A stretch of 64,000 bases of DNA, taken from Octopus vulgaris. Its lineage: Eukaryota. Positions within the stretch are counted from its first letter, which is position 1; each line of letters begins with the position of its first letter. The translations under genes were made by a program, and so were the position numbers. The notes beneath the pieces were generated by a model that was given only the letters and a program-made list of their open reading frames with translations, was not told the origin of the DNA and did no database searches. The stretch is from NCBI GenBank assembly GCA_951406725.2, contig OX597833.1, positions 20,832,001-20,896,000 of the forward strand. The letters are read 5' to 3'. This document shows positions 12,401 to 27,000 of this stretch, piece by piece.

Positions 12401-15400
12401 TATTATTATTATTATTATTTACTTTTTAGAATTACACTGTAAGATCAGTGTAAAAAGCCAGACTTGTCCAGTTTGAACATAAAGCCGCTGGAATATTTAG
12501 GCCGGGTATAGCTGGTTTAAATGCTAAAGCGTTAAACCTTTTTTTTTCCCTCTTGAATACGTGCCGCCGAAATTGGGGTGCATCTTATGCACCCGCGCAT
12601 CTTTTATACCATCAAATGCAGTACATTTCACAAGGCAATGGTAAAGATATTCTAACCAGATGGGATGTTATATTTAAGATGGTGTGATGGGAGAGCTGTG
12701 GATCCTCCTCCTCCACATCATCATCATTTAATGTCCATTTTCCATGCTGGTATGGGTTGGATGGTTTGACTGAAAACTGATAAGCTGGGGAGCTGCACCA
12801 GGTTCCAACCTGATTTGGCATGGTTTCTATGGCTGGATGCCCTCCCTAATTCCAACCACTCCAAGAATGTAGTAGGGGGCCTTTTTATGTGCCACCAGCA
12901 TCGGCCACAACTACAATCTCACTTGGCTTGACAGGTCTTCTCATGCATTGTATTATTCTTTCTGGGCAGCTGCACTCCAAGTTCGATTCTTGCCAAAGTC
13001 ACCTTAGCTTTTTATCCTTTTGAAGCTGATAAAGTATCAGTCTATTGATAGTTTATAGGGTCAATTCTTCTTTTGTCTGTCTCTCTTTCTCACCTCACTC
13101 CACCTCTCTCACTTTCTGGAAGAAATTAACTATGCTCAAATCTGAAGAAAGATAGACACCATCAGGTTTAACCCTCACAGTGCTGATTAAACTTTTGTAT
13201 TAAGATTTAAAATGGTCAAGACATGCTCTATATTACAAAGGTACCCACCAAGTGATTCCATCAAGAGTTGGAATACCAAGGGACGTCAGAATTAGCCAAG
13301 TCATTGATTTTGGGTTGGTGAGAGTCCAATGGATAAAGTACATTGGCTGGTATTGAATACTCTGTACTTCTTATATTGTAGACTGTTTCTTAAGGAAACA
13401 CAATAGAATGTCAAAGGTGAGAGGATGAGGTCAGAGGGTAAACTGCATTTCCAAGGGAGGTAACAACAGGAGGAGCAGTGGTAGCAGCAGAAGCAGCAAC
13501 AACAGCAACAGTAGCAGCAGCAGCTGCCACAATAACAACAGCATAAACAACAACAATAACTGATGAAGATGAAAAGCTTTATAAGTTACCTTGAGTTAGG
13601 GTCAAGTAGCACTTGTCAGTGAGTGGAGTATGGACCAGTTTCTGGATGTTCCCTTGGTACTCAAACGTGTAGTTAAACTCAGCGTCTACCATCTTGATGA
13701 TACAGAGGTTTGTATTCTTCGTGTAGTACCTGTAAGAAAAGGGAGAGCCCTGAAGTTCTAGAAAAACTAATTCCTTTCACATGTTGAAGAAAAGGGCCAC
13801 CCAGGACTTTGTCATATTAATAGAACATGTTAAAAAGCCGAACCTGATATAGTGTAAAAGAGCATGAGCATATACATGCATCTGCATGTGAATGTGTTTA
13901 GATGTGCACGTATATATGTGTGTATGAGTGAAAGAGACTAGTGTACTACTACTATTGGGCTGTCCGGAAAGTTCATGCCGATTTATTTTAGAACAAGGTT
14001 GAGTCCATAAAATAGGATTTGACTACACCTCCATTTAGAGCACAGTTTAAGCTATCTTTTTGTGGAAGACGGTTTATGTTCCTATAACCTGTGTTAATTC
14101 TGTAACCCTTTAAAATGGAAGATAAGAAAGTTCATTTTCAGCACTTGATGCTTTGGGAACCAGACAAAAATTGCTGCAGCTTGGCTGGGATGTGTTACCC
14201 CCACCATCCATATTCACCAGATACTGCTCCTTCGGATTTCCACTTATTCAGTTCTCTGCAGAATAGTCTTAATGGTAAAAAATTCAATTCCTTGGATGAT
14301 GCAAATAGATACCTTGATGAATTCTTTGCCTTGAAACCACCTCAATTCTTTGGAGAGGGTATTTTCAAGTTAAAGGAAAGATGGAGACGCATTGTGCAAC
14401 AAAATGGTTCATATTTGGTTGATTAAAAATGTAATGGCAAGTATTTATTGACCTTTTTCTTTCCTTCAAAAATCAGCACAAACTTTCAGGACAACCCAAT
14501 ACATCCTCATCATTTAAGGCATGTGTTAGGCAGTTTGATATATATATATATACATATATTATATGTATGTATGTTTGTGGTAAGAAGCTTGCTTCCCAAT
14601 CACATGATTCTGGGTTCAGTCCCACTGTGTGGCACTTTGGGCGAGTGTCTTCTACTATAGCCTCGGGCTGAACAAAGTCTTGTGAGTGGATCTGTTAGAC
14701 AGAAACTGATGATGCCCATCACATATTATATGTATATCTTTGGATATGTTTGCGTGTCTGTGTTTGTGCCCACCATTACTTGACAACTAGTAAGCTCCAC
14801 TGTCTGCTTTCAAATGGTTTTCACAACTGGAGAACTTCCCTAATTGCAATCACTTTACAAAGTGGACTAGGTGCTATGTACATGGTACAAGCACCTGCAA
14901 GGTCACCGAGCAACTTGCTAGACGAAAATCGCTCAACCGAGAGTGGGTCAGTGGTATTGAAGGCAGTGGTTTTGTGTCAGGTGATGAGAGGCTAAATAAT
15001 GAGAGAAGAACAGAAACAGGTGTCTTACTGCAGGGGAGATACATGGTTACTCTAGTTGGAGGGCAGGAGAGAGAGAGAAAGAGAGAGGAAGAGAGAGAGA
15101 GAGAGAGCAAGAGAGTGTATATATGTGTGTGTGTTTGTGTAAGTTAAAAAACATAATAAAAGCACAAACCGAGAGAGAGTAAGAGTGTGTGTGTGTGTGT
15201 GTGTAAGTTAAAAAACAATAAAAAAACAAATAGAAAACAGACACAGAAGATCACCAGCCCCTCATCAATTATCAGTCAGAGGGACAAACACAATTTCATG
15301 CCTTCGATAATATTCTTTCCCTGTTGGTAGTGTTTGACCCTCTGGCTGATAACTGATGAGGGGCTGGTGATCTGTGTCTATTTTCCATTTGTTTGTGCAT

Positions 15401-17928
15401 TAATTATATGTTTTTTACCTTATTAATTAATTAATGGAACACTACGTACCCTTGATTTTATTTACAATAAACATTTTGAAAAAAAAAAAAATATATATAT
15501 ATATATAGGTGAGAAAGTTGGTGTGTGAAAGCACGTGGTTGAATATATAGAAAATAGTAAAAAGTGAAAAAACTACAGAAGGCTTGTTTTAAAAGGTTAA
15601 AAAATATATATTTGAGTCATTATGTCAGAAGAATGTTATAAATTTTTTTCATACAATGACATAGTTTTTGAAGAAATGACCGGTTTCGCGTTCAGCTTTT
15701 CAAATTTCTTACATCGTTGTTTTCGTTGAGAAGTGTAAAGGAGAGTTCCAGATAAGGGGAGGTAATAACTGATTTCTTCCGGTGTAAGGGAGATAATTGC
15801 TTAATATTTCTTAATATATATTAGAGCTTATTTATTCAAGCATATGTAAATATACATACAAGATAGACAGAATTTATTATGTTGAACCCTTTAGCATTTA
15901 AACTGGGCATATCAGGCCCAAATATTCTACCTTTAGGTCCAACTTCTCACACCTACCATACAACGTCATTCTAGAAATATACAATCACATCATAAAAGCT
16001 ACGAGATAAAGCAGAATTAATTCAAAGCAATATGAATAAATGAGCATTTCATTTGGCAGAGTAATGTGAATGCTAAATGGTTAAAATGGATGATACTCTC
16101 TCTCTCTTTTACGTTTTTCAGTCATTTGACTGCGGCCATGCTGGAGCACTACCTTTAGTCGAACAAATCGACCCCAGGACTTATTCTTTGTAAGCCCAGT
16201 ACTTATTCTATCGCTCTCTTTTGCCAAACCGCTAAGTGACGGCGACGTGAACACACCAGCATCAGTTGTCAAGCAATGCTAGGGGGACAAATACAGACAC
16301 ACAAACATACACATACATACATATATATATATACAACGGGCTTCTTTCAGTTTCCGTCTACCAAATCAACTCACAAGGCTTTGGTCGGCCCGAGGCTATA
16401 GTAGAAGACACTTGCCCAAGATGCCACACAGTGGGACTGAACCCGGAACCATGTAGTTGGTAAGCAAGCTACTTACCACACAGCCACTCCTGTGCCTATA
16501 ATATAATATAATTGAAGAATTAAATAAGAGAAAATGTTGGTGCCTTTCACCTGAGCTGTTTCTGCCAATGCCAATCTGTAACAGAAGTGACATTTGCTGC
16601 CATCAGCTGTTGGATCACATCTATGCCATGGACCATATCAAGGATGAGAGCTTTTAGTTTCAGCTCAAGGATGTCTTCACATTTCACATTTTTCCTGGTA
16701 AGAACGTCAAGCTTATGTTTGACATCATGGAGGTATCCATTCAAGTTGTTTTGCTTGATAGCATTCTCACATTGCTGGGTGAATTGAATCTGCCCCACAA
16801 GACATAGAATCTGAAATAAGAAAAGACACTTTTTATAGAGAAGAGCTAATAATGCTATATTGTGATACAGAACACAACAGATTATCAACGAGAAGATAGC
16901 TTTTGTGTGCGGCAGATGCACAGGGGCAATAGACACCACAGATACTCAGAGTCTATCACACTCCAGGGGGAGAAACTAGAAGTAGTTGATAGCTTCCGCT
17001 ACCTAGGTGACCAAGTTAATAGTGGGGGTGGATGCTCAAAGAGTGTTACCACTAGAATAAGAATAGCCTGGGCAAAGTTTAGAAAGCTTCTACCCCTACT
17101 GGTGACAAAGGGTTTCTTGCTCAGAGTGAAAGGTAGATTGTATGACACATGTGTGAGAACTGGTAGTGAAACATGGGCCATGACTGTGGAGGACATGCAT
17201 AAGCTTGAAAGAAAGGAAGCTAGCATGATTCGCTGGATGTGTAATGTCAGTGTGCACATACGACAGAGTGTAAGTGCCCTGAGAGAAATGTTGGACATAA
17301 GAAGCATCGGATGTGGTGTGCAAGAGAGATGTTTGCATTGGTATGGTCATGTACTATGGATGGATGAGGAGAGATGTGGGAAGAAGTGCCACTCCCAAAC
17401 AGTTGAAAGAATCCAGGGTAGAGGTAGACCCAGGAAGACATGGGACGAGGTGGTCAAGCATGACCTTCGTACTCTGAGTCTCAAAGAGGCTATGACGAAA
17501 GACAGAGACCTCGGGAGATATGCTGTGACTGCGAAGATCTGACAAATGAAGTGAGTTTATGGCTTACAGGATGGCCTGTGGTGCTTATCTTGGATCGTAG
17601 GGCGACCTGGTGTGCTTGAGGAGACCTATTGAGTCAAGTACATCAACATCAAATAAAATTCAAATGGAAATTGTGGTTGTGATACCTGTGCCGGTGGCAT
17701 GTAAAAACACCATCCTAACGTGGCCGATGCCAGCACCGCCTTGACTGGCGTCCGTGCAGGTGGCACATAAAAAGCACCATCCAGTCTAGGAACTGAAACT
17801 ACGATCTTGTGATTGTGAGTGCAACACCCTAACTACTAAGTCATGTGTCCTCATGTCCTCATATATATATATATATTCTTTTCTTCTTGTTTCAGTCATT
17901 TGATTGTGGCCATGCTGGAGCACTGCCT

Positions 17929-18003
<75 letters not shown>

Positions 18004-21000
18004 CCAGTGGGGTGGCGTCATTTGAAGGCTAAAACAATGCAAAGCGCATTGTGACTAGTTATGTGTAGCAACATCTGATAGCCTGGTTGGTCACATGATC
18101 ACGTGATATATATATACATCATCATCATCCAGTGTTTTAAATCTGGGTTTTGTCTCTGTTAACAGGGGCGGCTGAACATACCTCAATGCCATAGAAACTG
18201 AGGCAGGTAAGTATACCCCACCCTAACCTATGGGCTGGCTGGTGCCCATTCTCTCTTGCTATCATGAGGCGTTTTTGGAGCTAGATTTTTTTACAAGCAG
18301 CATGTCCCTTGCTTACCTCCAGCCTCAGTTTCTAGATATGAGTGGTCCTGAGACCAAGGCCTCTACCATGATTTGTATGAAATGTGGTGGAAAACTAGCT
18401 CTGGAAGACAAGGATGCTACTACTTCAGACCCCTTTTGAAATGTGTTTCCATTTACAAAATTTACTCACAAAGCAGGCACTGGTTGGTCATGGAATATTG
18501 TAGAAGATACCAATCTAAAGTGCAGCACAGTGAGACCAAACCCAAAACCGTTTGGTTGGAAAGCAGACTTCTCAACCATACAGCCATGCCTGTCTTTATA
18601 AAAATATTAGCAGTCTAAGGGAAAATGATTCAAAGACAGGAATATAGATGCTTGATATATTCATGCTAAAACAAATTATTTTGTTGTGTCTGGGGAGAGC
18701 CATTTTGTTTTAATGCCTTATCTAACACACTCACTGGTCCGATTTCCACTCATTTGTTATTCTTTTACCAATTGCAGTCAATTGACTATGGCCATGCTGG
18801 AGCACCACCTGTAGTTGATCCCAGGACTTATTCTTTGTAAGCTTAGTACTTATTCACTTGGTCTCTTTTGCTGAACCACTAAGTTATGGGGACATAAACA
18901 CACCAAATCAGTTGTCAAGCGATGGGGGGGAGACAAACAGACACACAAATACATACATACATACACACACACACATATACATATACACATACATACACAC
19001 ACACATATATATATACATATATACATACACACACACACATTATATATATATACATATATACATACGACAGGCTTCTTTCAGTTTCCATCAACCAAATCCA
19101 CTCACAAAGCTTTGGTCGGCCCAAGGCTATAGTAGAAGACATTTGTCCAAAATGCCATAGAGTGGAACTGTGTGGTTGAGAAGCAAGCTTCTTACCACTC
19201 AGCCATGCCTGCACCTATGGCACACACCCACACCTGCATCTATGGCACACAGCTATGCCTGTGCCTATTATTTACATTTTTATTTCCAGAATTTTCGTTG
19301 CTTTTGCAACTTTGTCAAGGGATATTGGCTGTCCATTATTGGAGCTCCAAAAATGGACAGAGTCAACTTCCATTGACACAGTTACAAAAGCAACAAAAAT
19401 TTTGGAAGAAAAATTAAATATATCTATATCTATAAAAGGCAGGATGTGTGTGAGTGTGTGTGTGTACGCAAATGTACTTTATGCACGTCCACAAATTAGC
19501 ACATATGTCGCTCCAATTTTAGGAGGACATTGGTCACGACCATGGCTGTGCTTTTGTCAACTTATTTTTCCCGAGGCACCCCTGAATAGCAGTTAAAATA
19601 GCTTTTCAACCATAACTTTTACCAATTTTCACGTGGGTGAAATCGGTAAGTTTGCTAACTTGAGTTAAGTCCCCTGTCCTATATATTAATACACCCTACT
19701 ACAATGCCACCAAAAAGAAATTAGACTTGGACTACCTAAGCAATCTCAGCATAGGAAAAGAGAAAGAGCTGAAGAGACTGACTATCAGCAGAACCATTAG
19801 TAAAACATTATAACGTTTTGGGCTGAAACCTGGCAATAAGAGCTTGTGGATATTCCGCTACAAAACATTCAGTAATATCGAAGCAGTAACTTTCATAAAT
19901 CACTCTTTTACTCTTTTACTTGTTTCAGTCATTTGACTGTGGCCATGCTGGAGCACCGCTTTTAGTCAAGCAAATCGACCCCAGGACTTATTCTTTGTAA
20001 GCCTAGTACTTATTCTATCAGTCTCTTTTGGCGAACCGCTAAGTTACGGGGACGTAAACACACCAGCATCGGTTGTCGAGCGATGTTGGGGGGACAAGCA
20101 CAGACACACAAACATATGCACACACGCATACATACATATATATATATACACACATATATGATGGGTTTCTTTCAGTTTCCATCTACCAAATCCACTCACA
20201 AGGCTTTGGTCGGCCTGAGGCTATAGTAAAAGACACTTGCCCAAGGTGCCATGCAGTGGGACTGAACCCAGAACTATGTTGTTGGGAAGCAAGCTACTTA
20301 CCACACAGCCACTCCTACGGCTAAATCATGGTATAATTTTTGAAGACACCTTCTGAACCCAGTCAACGACGGGTATTTTTGTTAGCAAATGATAAATGGG
20401 TGGAAATTGAACTAGTGAGTGTGTTAGATAAGGCATTAAGACAATATGACTCTCCCTAGACAAAATAAAATTTGCTTCAACACACAAGTTCACATAAAGA
20501 ATCTTGTAAACCAGATATAAAAATGAAGTTAAGCAAATAATGTTTTCTGAGAAGTAGAGGAGAAAATCAAAATCACAAGAGAATTGGTAAATTGGATTAC
20601 CTGTGAAGGAAAATTGTTTGGATCAGGTTGTCCTGTCTGGGATTCTTGCAGACATTCTTTCAGTAAGTCTTTCAAGGTCTCTTTCATTTCTGTAGCCAGG
20701 CTGTTCATCCACAACTGCAAAAAACACAGACAATTTGAGAACAAAGAAGAATTAGTGGAATAAATTCCATCAGGATTTTAGAATGGAATACACAATGGTG
20801 GTGGTGGTGTTGGTGATGGAATTGATAGTGAGGTTGGTTGGTGGTGTTGGAGGTGTTGGTATTGGTAGTAGTGGTGGTGTTGGTGTTGGCAGTGGTGGTG
20901 GTGGTAGTGGAGGTGGTGATGCTTACCATGGTGAGTGAATCTGGTGTGGTGATAACCAGGGAGGTGGCTGTGAATGGGGCGATGGCTAAGGAAGTGCTCA

Positions 21001-24000
21001 TCACTACCACTAACCTCCCCCTCCTGATTATCATCATTCCCACAACCATCATTCTCACCACTACCACCACCTCTACCTCCACCACCACATATATGTATGT
21101 GTGCGTGTGTATGCATGTATATATATATATATATATATACTCTTACTCTTTACTCTTTTACTTGTTTCAGTCATTTGACTGCGGCCATGCTATAGCACCA
21201 CCATTAGTGAAGCTAAACGACCCCAAGACATATTCTTTGGAAGCCTAGTACTTATTCTATTGGTCTCTTTTGCCGAACTTCTAAATCAGCCCCTTTTGCT
21301 ATCATTCCCAGGGTACCTATGATGACAGGTATTGTTTTAGTCTTCAGGTTCCACATTTTGCTAATTTCTATTTCAAGATCTTTATACTTGCTCAGTTTTT
21401 GGTAGGTCTTGACAGATACGTTTATATTGATTGGGACAGTCATTTCAATGAGGAAGCATGGTTTTTGTCTGAAGTCTTTCAATATGATGTCTGGCCTATT
21501 TGCATCTAACTTTCTGTCAGTTTCAATGGTGAAGTTCCAGAGGAGTGAGATGTGGTCATTTTCAAGCACTGAAGCTGGTTTGTGTTCCCACCAGTTTTTA
21601 TCATGGGGCAAGTCCAGGTTTTTGTAAATTACCCAGTTAATATATTGTGCAGCTCTATCATGCCTGTTAATATACTCTGTAGGCGTAAGAAAACTGCACA
21701 TGGAGACGACATGATCAATGGTTTCATTTTGTTGTTGACATACACAATATGTTGAGAAGTTGCCATTTTTTAATATGTTGGCCTGGTAGTTCCTTGTAGA
21801 TAGGCATTGATCTTGGGCTGCTATGATAAACCCTTCTGTTTTAAGCCAGAAACCATTAGCCATTGATGGGTAAGGGCTTTGTCAACATCGGTATTATTTG
21901 TTCTCTTTGGGTATTTGCCATTGAGAGTTTTTCCTTGCCATTTATCAGTCAGAATATCTAAGGCAGCAGTTTTAGCATGGGTTTTCATGTGCTTAGCTTT
22001 TTCTGCGCTTGTTTCTAGTATGTCTAATTCCGGAATTTGTTGTATTTGAAATTCACTTAGATATTCCTTTGCCTGTTTTGTTTTTGAATATGATGCTTTC
22101 TTGTTTTCATGCTTTGAGACAAGTTTTAACATCTTGTCCTCAGAGTTTTTCAAATAGGTGTCTTGGCCAATTTCAGTGTAGGAGTGGCTGTGTGGTAAGT
22201 AGCTTGCTTCCCAACAACATAGTTCCGGGTTCAGTCCCACTGCATGGCACCTTGGGCAAGTGTCTTTTACTATAGCCTCAGGCTGACCAAAGCCTTGTGA
22301 GTGGATTTGGTAGATGGAAACTGAAATGCCAGTTGTAAAAGTCCCTATTTTCTCCTCATCATCATCCTCGTCATCATCATTAACCTGCTACCCACATAAT
22401 TCCAAGCAGGAATAAGATTGAACCTGAGCCAAACCAAACTAATCATATCGAAGTAAATATCAATATCATAAAGTCAGGTTAGGGTTAAAGCGATCTTGCA
22501 GCAGTGGAGAGACAGAAGAGAGAAAATCCGCTTTGGGAGGTTCAACTTTGTATACAGGACCTGGGGTGAAGTTTTGAGACAAGTTTTTTGGGGAAATATA
22601 GTAGGCGCAGGAGTGGCTGTGTGGTAAGTAGCTTGTTTACCAACCACATGCTTCAGGGTTCAGTCCCACTGCGTGGCACTTTGGGCAAGTGTCTTCTACT
22701 ATAGCCTCGGGCCGACCAAAGCCTTGTGAGTGCATTTGGTAGACGGAAACTGAAACAAGCCCGTCGTATGTATGTATATATATGTATATATATATATGCA
22801 TGTGTGTGTTTGTGTGTCTGTGTCTGTCCCCCTAGCATTGCTTGACAACCGATGCTGGTGTGTTTATGTCCCCGTTACTTAGCAGTTCAGCAAAAGAGAC
22901 TGATAGAATAAGTACTGGGCTTACAAAAGAATAAGTCCCAGGGTCGAGTTGCTCGATTAAAGGCGGTGCTCCAGCATGCCCACAGTCAAATGACTGAAAC
23001 AAGTAAAAAGAGTAAAAAGAGTATGTCTTATACTGCCAGTAAATACGGTACATAAACTGAGACCCTTGATATTGAAAATGCTGCGAACCACAAGAACAGA
23101 TCATGACAAAACAAAAAGCAAAACAAAATTAATACTGGCATGATTTGAACCCAGAACATTGAGGTATGTAACACAAGAAGTATGGTAGGTAAGACAATTC
23201 AGTCTGGTTGTGTCTGAAATAGCACAGACAGCTGGTAATTATTCTAACAGTAAATGCTGTTTACAGTGAGTTTATCATTAGAAGTCTACCGTTACACCAG
23301 CAGCCTCTGTAATACTTTAATACTTGCGAAATATAAAAAATCTTGATGGAATTGAGTGAAAGCTAAGTGCTAAAGATTAATGTGTATCAGAGAAAGGAGA
23401 GAAAAAGACAAAGGAAGGAAAAGGAGAAAATTATTTGCTGTTTCAAGAGATCTTATTGAAGGCAGCTTCTGGATTTGAAAGAGTTAATGTGGCGGTAGCG
23501 TTAATACCGATTTCTTTTGCACTAGGCACAATGCCAATTCTTATATTGGGAAAGGATGTAGCCAGTCGTATTGACTGCAGCAGAAGCTCATCTGGAATTG
23601 AAGCAAAAGCAGATAATAATAATAATAATAATAATAACAACGGAGTCTCTGTTTAATGTATTTAGTCCAGATGTCTGCTAGTTCTGCTGTTTTACAACCT
23701 CCACGTGTCTACATAATGATAACATGCTGTTGTTGTTATTTAACTGCTGTCAATAAACGACTATGCTGCAGCATACAGAACAATGTGATAGCGATGATGA
23801 TGGTGATAGTAGTGATAGTGGTGGTGGCGGTGTTGCTATAACAATGATGATGGTGCTGATGGTGATGATGGCAATGAAGGTGATGATGATGGAGGTGATG
23901 ATGTTGAATATAATGTTTGATTTCTCTTGAGCCGTACTATTCCATGTTGTATAAGTGGGTGAAATATAATTGGCCAATGGAAATTTTCACAAAATAAAGT

Positions 24001-27000
24001 CGATACAGATAACAGAGGATCTAGTTTTTAAAGCCAACTAGTAAAAGTAGCAGGTGGGATGGTCATGGTTGTATTGCCTTTTATTATAAATTTATTACTA
24101 TACCAGTCATGACATGGGGATAAATGAACAAAAATAATGATTAGGTAGTTGCTTGATCTGCTATATATAGCAGCTGACAACCTCAGCATCTTCTTTAGCC
24201 ATTTCAATACCAACCCAGCTGAAACCAGCTCCGACCCCATCATACAAATGTCTTGTTTTCATAAGTTTTCAATTAAAATCTTCCACCAAACCTTAGTCAC
24301 AATTTATGTTCCTAACACTAGCTTAAGGATAACTAAGGTATTTTACTAAATTCTTTGTTATATTTAAAGTAATTGAAAGAAACACAGAGCATCTCAAAAT
24401 AAATACAGTAACGAAAGGGTTAAAATGTAGACTAAATGTCAGACATTACTATTAGACAGGCTTCTCTGATTATGGTTTTAGAATTATGGTTTAAGCTAAG
24501 TCTTGAGAAGAAGACCCGTCAAGCCAAGTAAAATCACAGTCGTGGCAGATACTAGTGACATGCAAAAGGCACCTGTGCCGGTGGCAAGTAAAAGCACCCA
24601 TTACACTCTCAGAGTGGTTGGTGTTAAGAAGGGCATCCAGCTGTAGAAACCAAACCAGAACAGATGACTGGAGTCTGGTGCAGCTGTCTGGCTAACCAGT
24701 CACAGTCAAACTGTCTAACCCATGCCAGCATGGAAATCAGATGTTAAATGATGATGATGATACATGATAATTGCCTCATCTTGTCAGATAATAACTGTTT
24801 CATGTTATGATAGTGAGACATCTTGATGCCAATGGATTTAAGTGGCAAAAGCTCATACAACTTTTTTATCACTCCCTTGGTTGCCATAGTAGGTTCCAGT
24901 GACAAGCAGTGCCATTGGAACCTATTTTGGTACTACTTCAACTGCAAGTTTTATGCTAGAGTATCTTTCTTCTAGAAGAGCTGCCTTCCCCATGGCTTTG
25001 TTAAAAACAATGGGAGCCTCGTCTACACCTGGGGTATCTATGCCATAGATGGGACCCTGATAGGTATTACCATTCTGGGTCAGAATGGACCTGACAGTAA
25101 TGACAATTAAGGGGTGACTACACACTCCCCACAGCTTCAGAATTCCTGAACTGGAGTCTCTCTGCTGGATGCAGTTTTGTGTATGTATGTATCCATGTGT
25201 GTGTGCATGCATGTATGTATATGCGTATGCATGCATATATATGTAGTATGAATGCAATATGTATGTACAGAGTGCAGTGAATAAACTGTTGTCTAAATTA
25301 TGAAAAAATGAAAATAACACTGACATCTCATTTTAACAGACATATTTACCAAAATTACACAAAAATATCTTGAAATACTAAAGAGTAAATTTATTCAATA
25401 AAATCGCCATTGGCTTCAACTACGCCCTCCAGACAACTTCGGAATCTCCTACAACTCTTCTGGACGGTCTCCTTGTTTAAGTTGGTGAATGCGGCCATAA
25501 TCCTTGCCTTCAGTTCATCTTTGGTGTTACAAGGAGTTTTGTTGGTCTCTTGCCCAACTGCACCCCACACATAGTAATCAAGGGGGTTAGAGTCTGGGGA
25601 GTCAGGCGGCCAGATGTTAGGGATAATGTGGTCGCAGAAATTGTTTGACAGCCATGACTAGCTTCTCCTGCTTGTGTGGCATGGTGCAAAGTCCTGTTGT
25701 CAGACATAGGGTCTTCTAGTAGGTACCCTCTTGACCCAGGGCAGCACTGCCTCCTCCAGGTACTTGATGTAGGCCTCTGTATTGAGTCTGATGCTGTGTG
25801 GGAAGATGAATGGAGGCATAACGTCGCTATCGCTAGTGATCATTCTGAACACCATGAAGCTGACTAGATGTTTGATTTTTATCATTCTCAGTACATATCC
25901 TTAGATTGCACTGTCTTCAGATTGACACCCAAACACTCTGAAATGTTCATATTTGAGCTTCCGGCACAAATACCAAAACTGTACAGCATGTCATTTTCAA
26001 ATTTCTCGCAGAGTGAATTGTGTCATGGTGCTGTTTCTCTCACAGACAGTGCCCAGCTGACCCTACTATACTGTGTAGTCAACAAAATCAAAAACAAACA
26101 ATGCGCATGCACGAAATTAAAAATATAAAATGGCACAATTTACCCATCACATCCTGTATGTATGTATGTATGTATGTGTGTATGTATGTATGTATATATG
26201 TATGTATGTATGTTTATGTGTATGCATGCATATATGTATATATGTAGTATGAATGCAATATGTATGTATGCGTGCATCTAATATAAATGCTATATGTATA
26301 TGTATGTATGTATGTATATATGTGTGCAAAGAAGAGATATCAAGCTGAGTAAAATTGTTGTGGTAGATATTGGTGCCACGCAAATGGCACCCATGCCAGT
26401 GGTATGTAAATGCACCTGTTACACTCTCAGAGCAGTTGGCATTAAGAAGGGCATCCAGCTGTAGAAAACCATGCCAACTTAGATTGAAGTCTGGTGCAGC
26501 TCTCGCCAAACCATCCAGTGTGGCTGTGTTTGTCCCCTACCACCACTTGACCATCGATGTTGGTGTGTTTACATCTCTGTAACTTAGTGGTTCAGCAAGA
26601 GAGACCAATAAAATAAGTTATAAGTGCTGGGGTTAATTAATTCGACTATAAATTCTTCAATGTGGTGCCCCAGCATGGCCACAGTCTAATGACACACACA
26701 TACACACACTCACAAACATGTATATAGCTGCATGTATGTGTTTGTCTCTTGTCCATCACTAGAATAATTGGTGTTTGTTTGTTTACATTCTGTAGCTGAG
26801 CAGTTCAGCCTAAGAGACTGACAAAATAAGTACCAGACTTAAAAAACAAAACAAACAAATACAGAACTCCTGGGGTGGCTCTGACTGAAACAAGTAGAAT
26901 ACAAGAAAGAAAGCCTTCCGTGCAATGCTCCAATGACTGCCCTAATAGCAACAAATATTGATTAAGTAATTGATTTAAATTAATGATGTTATTGCAACAG

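Noticed and set aside
14115-14426. SETMAR-like host gene
   Set aside because: No SET domain; bounded by mariner TIRs and internally deleted.
22602-22680. tRNA genes at SINE heads
   Set aside because: They have A/B boxes but no complete cloverleaf, and they continue into SINE bodies repeated many times.
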